Assembly (NCBI GenBank): GCA_036170915.1
Contig: JAVHQC010000022.1
Location: 1 to 64,000 of the forward strand
DNA length: 64,000 nt
From: Cyanobacteria bacterium auto_48_18
GTDB lineage: Bacteria > Cyanobacteriota > Vampirovibrionia > Obscuribacterales > Obscuribacteraceae
Reading direction: 5' to 3'
In this document: piece after piece, positions 1 through 8,421 of the stretch
Numbering within the stretch: the first letter of the stretch is position 1
Layout: each line of letters begins with the position of its first letter
Position numbers and translations under genes: made by a program
Notes under the pieces: model-generated
Databases searched by the model: none
Told to the model about the DNA's origin: nothing
Seen by the model: the letters and a program-made list of their open reading frames with translations, nothing else

Positions 1-42
1 TGCAGCAACGGCAAGAACGATGATGATGGTGATCGGTTCCAT
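1..42 (-). CDS. 5' end of a membrane-anchored protein (runs off the window)
   Basis: ATG at 42 preceded by AAGGA; reads MEPITIIIVLAVAA to the window edge; same strand and downstream of the 1061-aa gene. Confidence 0.6.
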   Translation of the reverse strand, partial: MEPITIIIVLAVAA

Positions 43-99
43 AATGTTTTCCTTTGAGTTTGATTGAACAGTTCGAGGAGTAACTAGCCAAAGCAAAGA

Positions 100-146
100 C
101 CACGGCAGGTTTAACGCTCTCTCCTCAAGAGCGCATCCTGCCGTGG
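100..146 (-). terminator. Nested stem-loop, terminator or intercistronic structure
   Basis: CCACGGCAGG (100-109) pairs with CCTGCCGTGG (137-146); inner CGCTCT/AGAGCG; followed by TCTTTGCTTT on the minus strand. Confidence 0.5.
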
Positions 147-181
147 CCTGTTAGAAAAGTGGGGCTGCCAGTGAAGACGAC

Positions 182-3100
182 TTAGAAGTCTCCGCCACCA
201 CGCGAGCCACCACCACCACTGAAACCGCTGCCGCTGGAACCGCCACCGCCACTGAAGGAATCGTTGTTCCTCCGGTCTGCGGCCTCGCGGTCGGCCTGGG
301 CCTGACGGTCGCGTTCACGCTGGCGCTCACGCTCGCGTTCCCGCTCTTCTTCCTCACGCCGACGGCGCTGGCGCTCGAGCTCTTCCCAAGCAGCAACGGC
401 GATACCGATAGCCACAGCCACCTGATGGGCAGCCGCTTCATCGGCAGTCTTGGCCGCAGACTTGGCAGCCTGAGCTGTGCTCTTGGCCGTTTCGTACTGC
501 TGGTTGGACAGCTCGCGATTGGCTTGTGACAGCTTGCTGCGGGCCGACGAGACGTCAGCGCTGACGCCCGAACCGAACGACTTGTAAGAGCCGCCGATAG
601 ACTTGCTCTCGCTGTACGACTTGTTGTCGATGCCATTGATGTAGGCATCGGCATCGGCGATGGCCGAGCTGGCCTGCTGGAAGGCAGCAGCGTCACCCTG
701 AGCCAGTTTGACAGCGTCGTCCACGATGGCCTTAGCGGCTTCCGCGGCGCGAACGATGGCATTCCAGTCAGACTTGGCTACACCAACGCTGGTCACAACC
801 TTGCTCTGGGCGCTGATAGCGCTTTCGAGCTTGTCGCGGGACGGCTGGCGAGTGGTCTTGGCCGACACAGTGCCGCGCGCCGAAACCAGAGCCGAAGCCA
901 GGGTCTCGATACGCGTCGTCGCAAGCGCGTGCGCCTGCTTCTCGGTATCGATGCTCTTGTCCACCGACTGCAGGTCTGCCAGCAGCTTGTCGGCTGCAGC
1001 AGCGGCTTCCGGCCAGTCAGTGATTTCCATGGCCACCGACGTCTGCTGGGCCAGGAGAACCGGCTTGAGGCGCGCGTAGGTGCTGTCGGTTGCTGCCGAA
1101 GTGGTGAACTTGTTGGTGTTGAGCTTAACCGACAGAGCGCCAGTCAGCTGGGTCGCCGTTTGCACGGTTTCCTTCGCATGCTTGCGGTTCTCGATCAGCT
1201 GGTTGAGACGCGTGTGGATTTCCACAAGGCCGTTGCGCGCATTCTGGATGTCGCCGCCGGTCTTTTCGAGAGCGGCACGGGCAGCCACATAGCGCTGTTC
1301 GAAGAAGGCCCTGCGGATCTTCTCGAGTTCAGCTTCGGTCTTGCTGTTGACGTTGTTGGCCGTCTCGAGCTTCTTCGGTTCGCCGGCGAAGTTCTTGGCC
1401 AGGAAACCTGCGTTGAGCGCCGCCACATCGTCAGTCGATGCCGGAATTTCGGCACCGAGGCTGTTCAGAAGACCGCGCACCACCGGTACCTGCTTCTGCA
1501 CGAAGGCGCGAGCAGCGAGGATGGTGTCCACCAGAGAACTGGCTGCAGCAGCCGACTTCTCCGCTTCCGCCTTCTTGGCGTTGGCGTCGTCGATTCTGCC
1601 GGCCACCAGTGCATTCAAGCTGGCTGCCAGTTGTTCCTTGGCGTCGGTCAGCTCGTTGTCGGGGTTTGCGCCCTCCTCATTGAGCTTGGTCAAACCGCCA
1701 GCCACCATCTCTGGTGTCTTGGGCTTTTCCGGATAGTTGATGTCCATGGGCTGACTGCGCGCCAGGGCGATCTTCGCCTGAGCCGCTTCGATCAGCTTGG
1801 TGGTGCCGGCGAGGCTGTTCTTCAGGCTGATGGCCGAGTCGAGTATGGCCTTCAGCTTCTCGACGCCGCGCTCTACTGCTTCCGACTTCTCGAAAGCCTT
1901 GAGCGGGTTCGACAGCATCAGAGTGAGGAACTCGTCACGCGCTGCCGACAGCTGAGTGAAGCTGATTTCGTAGGGCGAGAAATTCAGGCCCTTCTCCTCC
2001 AGCGCACCACGGGTGGTGGTGACCGAAGCAATCAGAGCTTCGATGTCCTGCCTGTTCTGCTCGGCGCCGTCCATGGAGTCTTTGATCGACTTGCATTCCG
2101 TGGTAGCGGTCTTGAAGAGCGCTTCCATGTTTGCCAGCAGTTCGCCCGGCGCGTAAGTGGCTTCCGCCACGATCGAACCGAACATGCTGCGCTGCTCGAT
2201 AGGCAGAGTCTCGCCGGTGATCGTGATCGGAGTCACGGTCAGACGAGCAGCCGCAGCCTTGAGCTTGCCGATGCTGAAGATGTTGGCCGACTTGATGTCA
2301 GCTTCCGACTGGTTCATCATGCCGAGCGCAGCGTTGACACGCACGGAAAGGTCGGCGTAGGCCTGAGCCGCCGACTTGAAGGTGACCAGTGTTTCGTCCT
2401 TGAAGCGGTTCGACCACTGCGCACCCATGTCTTTGAGGAAGCCCCAGTAGGCCTTCTCGAGAGACAGGTAGTTGATGTTGCCGGGCTCGAACTTCTTCTT
2501 CCATTCATCCAGAGCCTTGACCGCCACCTTCTTCGCATTCGAGAAGAGTACGAAGAGCACGAGCAGGGTGAGCAGAATCAGGGTGGGAATGCCATAGATG
2601 GCCAGGTTCATCGGCAGCCGTTCCATGAACTCAGCGTGTTCGCGAGCTTCCTGTTCGGCGCGGATCTTGTCCTGACGGGCTTGTTCAGCAGCGGCAATCT
2701 TGGCCAGACGGTCACGCTCGGCTTGGGCCGCACGATCGATCTCAGCCTGCTTGACTGCGGCCGCATGCTGCACCACCTTGTAGTTGGCTTCCTGCGCAAT
2801 CTTCAGACCGAAGGCCTTGGGCATGCGCGGGAGCAGTGCAGAGGGGTTGCCGCCGTTGGGGTTCTTACCGTACTGGTCGAGCACCGGCGCCATGTTGTCG
2901 CTGGTGATTCCCAGAGCGGTGAGTGCCGGTGAGGTGTTGATGGCGTAAGAACTCTTGGTCCAATCCGACGCCAGACGAACCACGAGAATGACCACAGCCT
3001 TATCGGACGGGAAGCTCTTCTGGCCACCCCAGTTTCCGATCAGGTCGTCGAGACGCTCTGTGGCAAATGGCACGTTCGGATTTCTCGGTTCGTCGCCCGT

Positions 3101-3367
3101 GAGGGTCATAACGAAGAAATATTCGACACCATGTTTTGCGCCCTCAGCTTTGAGCTGAGCTTCCAGGCCATCGAGATTGACAGGGTTGCTGCCAGATTCG
3201 AGGGCGGGGTCGAGGTACACGTGTTGGCCGGGACGGAACTGACTGCCCTTGGGCAACCAGGTTGGTCCGGCGGCGTAAGAAGCTGAAGTGAATCCCACCA
3301 GTAGCACCAAGGCCAGGATGGGACCGATCAGCTTTAGGATGCGGTTGAGCATAGTTAAAGCCTCCAT
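182..3367 (-). CDS. Large membrane protein: signal peptide, TPM-like domain, TM helix, long coiled coil, Gly/Ser tail
   Basis: 1061-aa ORF with strong codon bias; hydrophobic N-terminus; TPM-like segment; TM near residue 260; Ala/Glu/Lys-rich helices; tail SGGGGSRGGGDF typical of TPM proteins. Confidence 0.8.
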   Translation of the reverse strand: MEALTMLNRILKLIGPILALVLLVGFTSASYAAGPTWLPKGSQFRPGQHVYLDPALESGSNPVNLDGLEAQLKAEGAKHGVEYFFVMTLTGDEPRNPNVPFATERLDDLIGNWGGQKSFPSDKAVVILVVRLASDWTKSSYAINTSPALTALGITSDNMAPVLDQYGKNPNGGNPSALLPRMPKAFGLKIAQEANYKVVQHAAAVKQAEIDRAAQAERDRLAKIAAAEQARQDKIRAEQEAREHAEFMERLPMNLAIYGIPTLILLTLLVLFVLFSNAKKVAVKALDEWKKKFEPGNINYLSLEKAYWGFLKDMGAQWSNRFKDETLVTFKSAAQAYADLSVRVNAALGMMNQSEADIKSANIFSIGKLKAAAARLTVTPITITGETLPIEQRSMFGSIVAEATYAPGELLANMEALFKTATTECKSIKDSMDGAEQNRQDIEALIASVTTTRGALEEKGLNFSPYEISFTQLSAARDEFLTLMLSNPLKAFEKSEAVERGVEKLKAILDSAISLKNSLAGTTKLIEAAQAKIALARSQPMDINYPEKPKTPEMVAGGLTKLNEEGANPDNELTDAKEQLAASLNALVAGRIDDANAKKAEAEKSAAAASSLVDTILAARAFVQKQVPVVRGLLNSLGAEIPASTDDVAALNAGFLAKNFAGEPKKLETANNVNSKTEAELEKIRRAFFEQRYVAARAALEKTGGDIQNARNGLVEIHTRLNQLIENRKHAKETVQTATQLTGALSVKLNTNKFTTSAATDSTYARLKPVLLAQQTSVAMEITDWPEAAAAADKLLADLQSVDKSIDTEKQAHALATTRIETLASALVSARGTVSAKTTRQPSRDKLESAISAQSKVVTSVGVAKSDWNAIVRAAEAAKAIVDDAVKLAQGDAAAFQQASSAIADADAYINGIDNKSYSESKSIGGSYKSFGSGVSADVSSARSKLSQANRELSNQQYETAKSTAQAAKSAAKTADEAAAHQVAVAIGIAVAAWEELERQRRRREEEERERERERQRERDRQAQADREAADRRNNDSFSGGGGSSGSGFSGGGGSRGGGDF

Positions 3368-4609
3368 AAAGATTTGAGAGAGCTCAGGCAGTTCACGCAG
3401 GCAAGATGCCGACGGCGTTTGTGGCTGAGCGGTGGACGTTTAGGAACGCAGACGAAGAACGAGTTTTGCCTACAGGTCTAACCCGGGGGTGGAAAGAAGC
3501 GGAAAGTGCGTTGTTGCTGTTTTTTTGTTGACCGGGTTTTTTTGTTGAGAGGAGTGTAGGTAAATTGAACCTACAGACTTGGGCCCTATGGCTCCAAAAA
3601 GTTATTACTCATCTGTTACCTCTCAATCGTATATACGACTGCTTGCGTCGACCTCGTTGAGCGCTAACTTTTCCTGACCGGCGCAGCGATTCAAGCAACA
3701 AAAATGAATCCGGCCACTATAAGGAACAGCGCCTTGACAACTAAGCTGCAGCTAATATTGGTGAGGCTTAATCAGCACTTGGCTAGTTCGGCTCTGAGAG
3801 GTCTGCGTAACATTTGTAATGTTTTTCAGGGTAAATGGCCGAAACTGCCCCACATTCATAGTTTGAACATTCTGTGCAAACAACAAACGGGGCGCATATA
3901 TAAACGCTATAAAAAATACGTGAAAAGAGCATTGTTAAGTAACTAAGCCTTTCACTTCACAGTCTTGATATACAGCCGTTTGTCTTAACAATTTCTTTCG
4001 AAGACCTAGCGCTACCCGTGGTGCCAAATTTTTTTAGCATCAAAGCATTTCAATGTTGCAAAAAATTGAGCAAAAACGCGAGTCGCGCTAGATATCAAGG
4101 CTTGTTAAGTGGTGCCCTGGTAGCTGTTAATGATCGTCTGAAAACGCTGATGGAGACTAGACTTTCAGAGCTAGTCGATTTAATGCGATGTTACTATTCG
4201 GCGAATCGTTTCTACGTCAGTGGCTAAAGCCGCACCCGGCGATGATCTTTAGGGCTCATTAATAGCTTCTTTCTTGAGTACTTACCGTTAACAGCACTAG
4301 ATTCAGGTTCTCTTCTCTTCATCCCAAATATTCATCGCAGTAATTCTTCCGAACAAACCAGCCTCGTCATTGCCAAATCTTCTGCCTCCACTTCGTGGTG
4401 TGTAGGACGACGCATGTGGCTTGGTAACAAGTTTTGGAGAGTACATAGTGAAAGTGCCGATGATGATTCGAAGAAGTATTTACCGAAATTACTGCAACGT
4501 AACCGTGAGAGTGGATCCGCCCTCTTGTGGTTTGTTGTAGTTCGGTTTTCAACTGAGTTTTTGTTGCGAGCAGCGGATCTACCCGTAACACAAACATCGA
4601 GGATGTGCC

Positions 4610-5176
4610 ATGAAGCTTAAGATTTCACTAGCGAATTCAATCAAGACGCACGACTCATTGGGGTTAGGAGACACTCCAATGTTGCTCGTGTGCAAACTGA
4701 ACGGCCATGGGCTGGGCAGTCACATTCAGGCTTTCGACCAAACTGTGGGTGGTGTCATCGCCAGCCAGATCGAGCAGGAGAACTTCCAGGGCAACCGTGG
4801 TGAGCACTTCGTTCTCGAACTGGACCAAGATGGTGCCCCGGAACACGTCATGGTCGTTGGTCTCGGTTCTCCCGACAAAGTCGACTGTCATGCAATCGCG
4901 CAGCTCGTCGACCTGGCAGTCGAGAACGCCATCTCCAGGGGCTGTTCGAAGCTGTCGATTCCCATTCTGCCCAACCGGCAGTCACAAGCAATCAACCTCC
5001 GTGGACAAGCCCACTTGATCAAAGTGGCCGCGGAAAAGAAAGTTGCCACCTACGGCAACAAGCGCGGTGAACTGGAAATCGAACTGATTTGCGCTCCGCA
5101 GGCAAGGCAGCATCTGGCCAAAGGTCTCTCATGCAAACGCATGGCGCCCAATGGTACCTGCTGCGACGACAAGTAA
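4610..5176 (+). CDS. Stand-alone leucyl aminopeptidase (M17) N-terminal-like domain protein
   Basis: FDQTVGGVIASQIEQENFQGNRGE...HVMVVGLG resembles the PepA N-terminal domain; no catalytic domain; GAGGA RBS. Confidence 0.7.
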   Translation: MKLKISLANSIKTHDSLGLGDTPMLLVCKLNGHGLGSHIQAFDQTVGGVIASQIEQENFQGNRGEHFVLELDQDGAPEHVMVVGLGSPDKVDCHAIAQLVDLAVENAISRGCSKLSIPILPNRQSQAINLRGQAHLIKVAAEKKVATYGNKRGELEIELICAPQARQHLAKGLSCKRMAPNGTCCDDK

Positions 5177-5358
5177 TCAGAAAGTAAGGCTGCACGGCTA
5201 AGCTTTCGTTCAACGCCATCAATAAATCGGCACAGGGTCTGGCCTTGGGAAGCTCTATGCAAGTTGCATAAAGCTTTTCCAGGGCCAGGCTTTTGTGTCT
5301 TTTCTCACTCTGCTGGTCGAGAGGCAGCCCTTCCTCTCATTTTGATAACGAGGGCGTT

Positions 5359-5877
5359 ATGAAATTACAGTTCGACAAAATCGTCTTTGGTGGCCGCTTT
5401 CTGCTGCTGCCGATGTATCTCGCCTTGAGCGTCACTCTGGCGGTATACACTCTGCGTTTCTCTCTGCAGACATTCGAGTTGCTGTATCACGCAGTGAGCT
5501 ACTCGGATACGCAGATACTGGTGGCTGTCTTGCATCTGCTGGACATCATCATGGTCAGCCATCTGATCGTCATGATCATGATTGGCGGCTATGTGCTTTT
5601 CATCAGGAGCGCATTTGAAGACGAATTGCCGCAGGCATCGCGTGTGCCCAGGCTCAAATGGCTTGGCCACATCGACCCCGGCACACTCAAGGTCAAGATG
5701 AGCATGTCGATTTTGGGTGTCTCAAGCATTCACTTGCTCGAGGCCTTCGTCAACGCTGCCAACCAAAGTACAGATACCCTGGTCAAGCTTGTGGTTGTGC
5801 ACCTGGTTTTTGTGGTGTCAACCGTGGCAATTGCATGGGTGAACAAATTTGCCTTCCAGCACGAAGATGGCAAATAG
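5359..5877 (+). CDS. YqhA/UPF0114-family membrane protein
   Basis: RFLLLPMYL, LHLLDIIMVSHLIVMIMIGGY, LKVKMSMSILGVSSIHLLEAF motifs; ATG 5359 after GAGGG preferred over 5293. Confidence 0.85.
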   Translation: MKLQFDKIVFGGRFLLLPMYLALSVTLAVYTLRFSLQTFELLYHAVSYSDTQILVAVLHLLDIIMVSHLIVMIMIGGYVLFIRSAFEDELPQASRVPRLKWLGHIDPGTLKVKMSMSILGVSSIHLLEAFVNAANQSTDTLVKLVVVHLVFVVSTVAIAWVNKFAFQHEDGK

Positions 5878-5896
5878 CAGCTGATTTAGCTTGATT

Positions 5897-5930
5897 GTGA
5901 GGAGAGCCGCAAGCTCTTCTCACTTTTTTT
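5897..5930 (+). terminator. Rho-independent terminator
   Basis: GTGAGGAGAGC-CGCAA-GCTCTTCTCAC followed by a T run, just after the YqhA-like gene. Confidence 0.85.
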
Positions 5931-6015
5931 CATCCTATTTTTAAGGCACCAATAATACTGTCTTCTATAGTTGTAACGGTTTTTTTTGGTAAAAAATGAA
6001 CAGAAAAACAGCAGA

Positions 6016-6049
6016 AAAAACAGTCAGGCTGGGAGGCCTGACTGTTTTT
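6016..6049. terminator. Bidirectional terminator
   Basis: AAAAACAGTCAGGC-TGGGAG-GCCTGACTGTTTTT between convergent genes. Confidence 0.8.
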
Positions 6050-6091
6050 GTGTAGCAAACTTAGCGCGCTGGCTAAATGTTGTTTGAGCGC

Positions 6092-6331
6092 TTAGTGGGC
6101 GCAGCCGCAGCCGGCCTTTTTCACAACAGCGCTGGTGGTGTCCGGCACGGTCGCAGTCACAGTTTGAACCGGAGCAGTGTTCTTGCTCTGGTCAACTGGA
6201 TCTGCAGGTGCCGGATTGGTCGAAGCGGGGGTCGAAGCCGGAGCAATTTTCTTGGTACCGCAGGTGCAGTCTTTCTTGGCTTTGCCGCACTTGCCGCCGC
6301 ATTTGCAGCCGCCGGTTTTTGGGGAGGTCAT
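6092..6331 (-). CDS. Small Cys-rich metallothionein-like peptide
   Basis: 79 aa; CKCGGKC..CTC at the N-terminus, CGCAH at the C-terminus, Pro/Ala/Thr spacer; terminator directly downstream. Confidence 0.65.
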   Translation of the reverse strand: MTSPKTGGCKCGGKCGKAKKDCTCGTKKIAPASTPASTNPAPADPVDQSKNTAPVQTVTATVPDTTSAVVKKAGCGCAH

Positions 6332-6380
6332 GGGAGTCTTTCAGGATGTTACTGAGTTGGTCTGGCAATTAGCAGTAATG

Positions 6381-6431
6381 GAATACTAGCGAGAGAATAC
6401 TAGCGAGAGAATACTAGCGAGAGAATACTAG
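6381..6431. repeat. 14-bp tandem repeat GAATACTAGCGAGA x3.6
   Basis: Exact copies start at 6381, 6395 and 6409, partial copy at 6423. Confidence 0.95.
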
Positions 6432-6451
6432 AAAGTAGACGAGCAGATGGC

Positions 6452-6952
6452 TCAGGGAGCGATTGCCGGCCACTTAGCAATACGGGCTTGAGCAAACTGG
6501 AGTTGTAAGCGCGAGGCACTGAAAGGCCATTTGGTGGCTTCCAGAGTGGCCCTGGAGCGTTCTTCGAAAAGATGACGCTTGATCTCGTCATGTGACGAGC
6601 CGGCGATGCGAATCTGTTCGAGAATGATGCGCTTTTCTTTCGCCAGTTCGCTGTAGTCGCCACCGCTGCCGGTATCAAGCGCGAGAGCTGTTGCCTTTGC
6701 TTTGGCAATGGTTTCGCCCAGGTGGAAATGCTCGATGGTTAGTGCAAGCCAATCAGCACCGATCTGTTCTCTTTCGCTGAGAGCAGGCACAGGAGCGGGC
6801 AGAGGAGCAGGCACAGGAGCAGGTAGAGCAACGGGTAGAGCAACGGGAAGAGCAACAGGCTTTGCAGCGGGCTGGACGCTCACAGGCTTGCGGCGTGGGC
6901 GGAAAAGCATAAACAAGATCGCTGCAAAAACCAGGATGGGAATTACATACAT
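6452..6952 (-). CDS. Hypothetical single-TM protein with Pro/Ala repeat linker
   Basis: 166 aa; N-terminal TM; VALP/PAPV 12-bp repeats at about 6781-6860; AAGGA upstream. Confidence 0.7.
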   Translation of the reverse strand: MYVIPILVFAAILFMLFRPRRKPVSVQPAAKPVALPVALPVALPAPVPAPLPAPVPALSEREQIGADWLALTIEHFHLGETIAKAKATALALDTGSGGDYSELAKEKRIILEQIRIAGSSHDEIKRHLFEERSRATLEATKWPFSASRLQLQFAQARIAKWPAIAP

Positions 6953-7018
6953 AAATTTTCCTTTTTTGATTGAGAGAATTGAGAGATGAAATCAGGCACT
7001 GACTGAAAAGGCGCTTGC

Positions 7019-7444
7019 CTAATCGTCGTCTTCGTCGTCGTTGGCCTGGTTCAAACTAGCGATGACTCGAGCCTTCTGCACCTGACGGCGCGCTTCAGCA
7101 ATGCCAATGGCAAAACCGTCCACTTGAGCGTCGGTGGTGGCATTGTCGATGGCAGCTTCAATCTGAGTCTTGAGAGCAACAGCTTTGTCGAGTTCCACTT
7201 GTGCTTCTGAGCGAACGCTTTCGACATTTTGCACATCAGGCTTGAGGGCGACGATGTAGCGTTGCACTTGCTTGATGCCCAGGTCGAGGTCATGCAATTC
7301 GGTGCGCAGGGTGTTTTTCTTGGCCTCGACCAAACCTGACTGCTGGGCTGCATCAGCATTGCGATTGTGTCGACGAACAAGTATCAGTCCGAAGACCAGT
7401 ACCAGCGTGGCAGCTGTGCCGCCGATGATGATGGGGGTAACCAT
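7019..7444 (-). CDS. Hypothetical membrane-anchored coiled-coil protein
   Basis: 141 aa; N-terminal TM, heptad-rich body, acidic tail; AGGAG RBS. Confidence 0.8.
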   Translation of the reverse strand: MVTPIIIGGTAATLVLVFGLILVRRHNRNADAAQQSGLVEAKKNTLRTELHDLDLGIKQVQRYIVALKPDVQNVESVRSEAQVELDKAVALKTQIEAAIDNATTDAQVDGFAIGIAEARRQVQKARVIASLNQANDDEDDD

Positions 7445-7930
7445 AGTTTCTCCTGCAAAAGCGTTATGGCGCTCCTGCTTAAGGTGATTGATGGGAGTTA
7501 TGTGTTTTAAGTGAGAAAAGTGCCGAAAAAAAGTAGTGGGAGGAGATCTCTAATGCGCTAGCAGAGACTGCAGGCTCAGTGCAAGGGCGAGAGTATCTGT
7601 AGACTAAGAGGGCGACAAATGCCTGACTTTTCAAAGCGCTGTGGACAGGCGCTTTCGAGATGTTCTGGCCAAATAGCGCATACTGGCAACCGATGACAAG
7701 GCCGTTTCGTTCTTGATAAGTGCTTAAAGAAGCAGGTTTACAAGATGGCGCGGCTGTGCGTAACTCCTTTCGTATATGTTGCCAACGCTGGTGGCCTTAG
7801 TGCCGATGCACCGCATTTGGTGCCACAGCAGCATTGCGTGGGTTGCTCAAACAGTCCAAACAAAACATCATTTTCAACAATTAAAATAGACCGGTCTACT
7901 CTAGATCTGGTGAAAAAAATCACTGATAAA

Positions 7931-7954
7931 TGAAGGCGCCATTTGGCGTCTTCA
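7931..7954. terminator. Terminator-like hairpin
   Basis: TGAAGGCGCC-ATTT-GGCGTCTTCA downstream of the NAD kinase-radical SAM operon. Confidence 0.55.
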
Positions 7955-7992
7955 CTTGTTTTTGAAGAGCTTATTGCTCTGGGGCCAACGAC

Positions 7993-8310
7993 TTACGAAG
8001 CGTTAGACAGAATGTGGCTAATCGCTGCTTGGCGACGGTGGCCGGGGTCGTAGTTCGGATTGGGCACTGAAATGTAACCCAGATAACCCAGGGGAGCCAC
8101 AGCGCTGACGCCGTAGTAGCAGGCTTTCGGACGGTATCCACGCTCTTCAAGCAGGGCGTAGATAGAGGCGGTTTCGCCAAAAAGCTCGATGCCCTTCATT
8201 TCACCGAAGGGTATTTTCAGTAGTGTGAGATATTGCGCATCGGGCTCAGCGGAGGCGATCTGAGCAGTAAGGGCTTCGATGGTCTGGGCGGTATTAGCTT
8301 GCGCGGTCAT
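7993..8310 (-). CDS. Hypothetical protein
   Basis: ATG 8310 (MTAQANT) after AGGA; last gene of the minus-strand operon. Confidence 0.7.
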   Translation of the reverse strand: MTAQANTAQTIEALTAQIASAEPDAQYLTLLKIPFGEMKGIELFGETASIYALLEERGYRPKACYYGVSAVAPLGYLGYISVPNPNYDPGHRRQAAISHILSNAS

Positions 8311-8421
8311 GTTGCTTTCCTGTTTTTGCGTGGATCTTGGAAGAAACAAACCTGGGGCGGAAGATGTCTCAAAGAGAGCACCTTCCGCCCAGGCATTGTT
8401 ACTTTATCGTTGTCGCTTTCG

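Noticed and set aside
929..2932. 667-aa plus-strand ORF
   Set aside because: Antisense shadow of the strongly codon-biased 1061-aa gene; no recognisable protein features.
4414..4620. 68-aa ORF overlapping the start of 4610
   Set aside because: No RBS or motif; the region is better explained as a structured leader.
6381..6431. CRISPR array
   Set aside because: Repeats are contiguous 14-mers with no spacers, and there are no cas genes.
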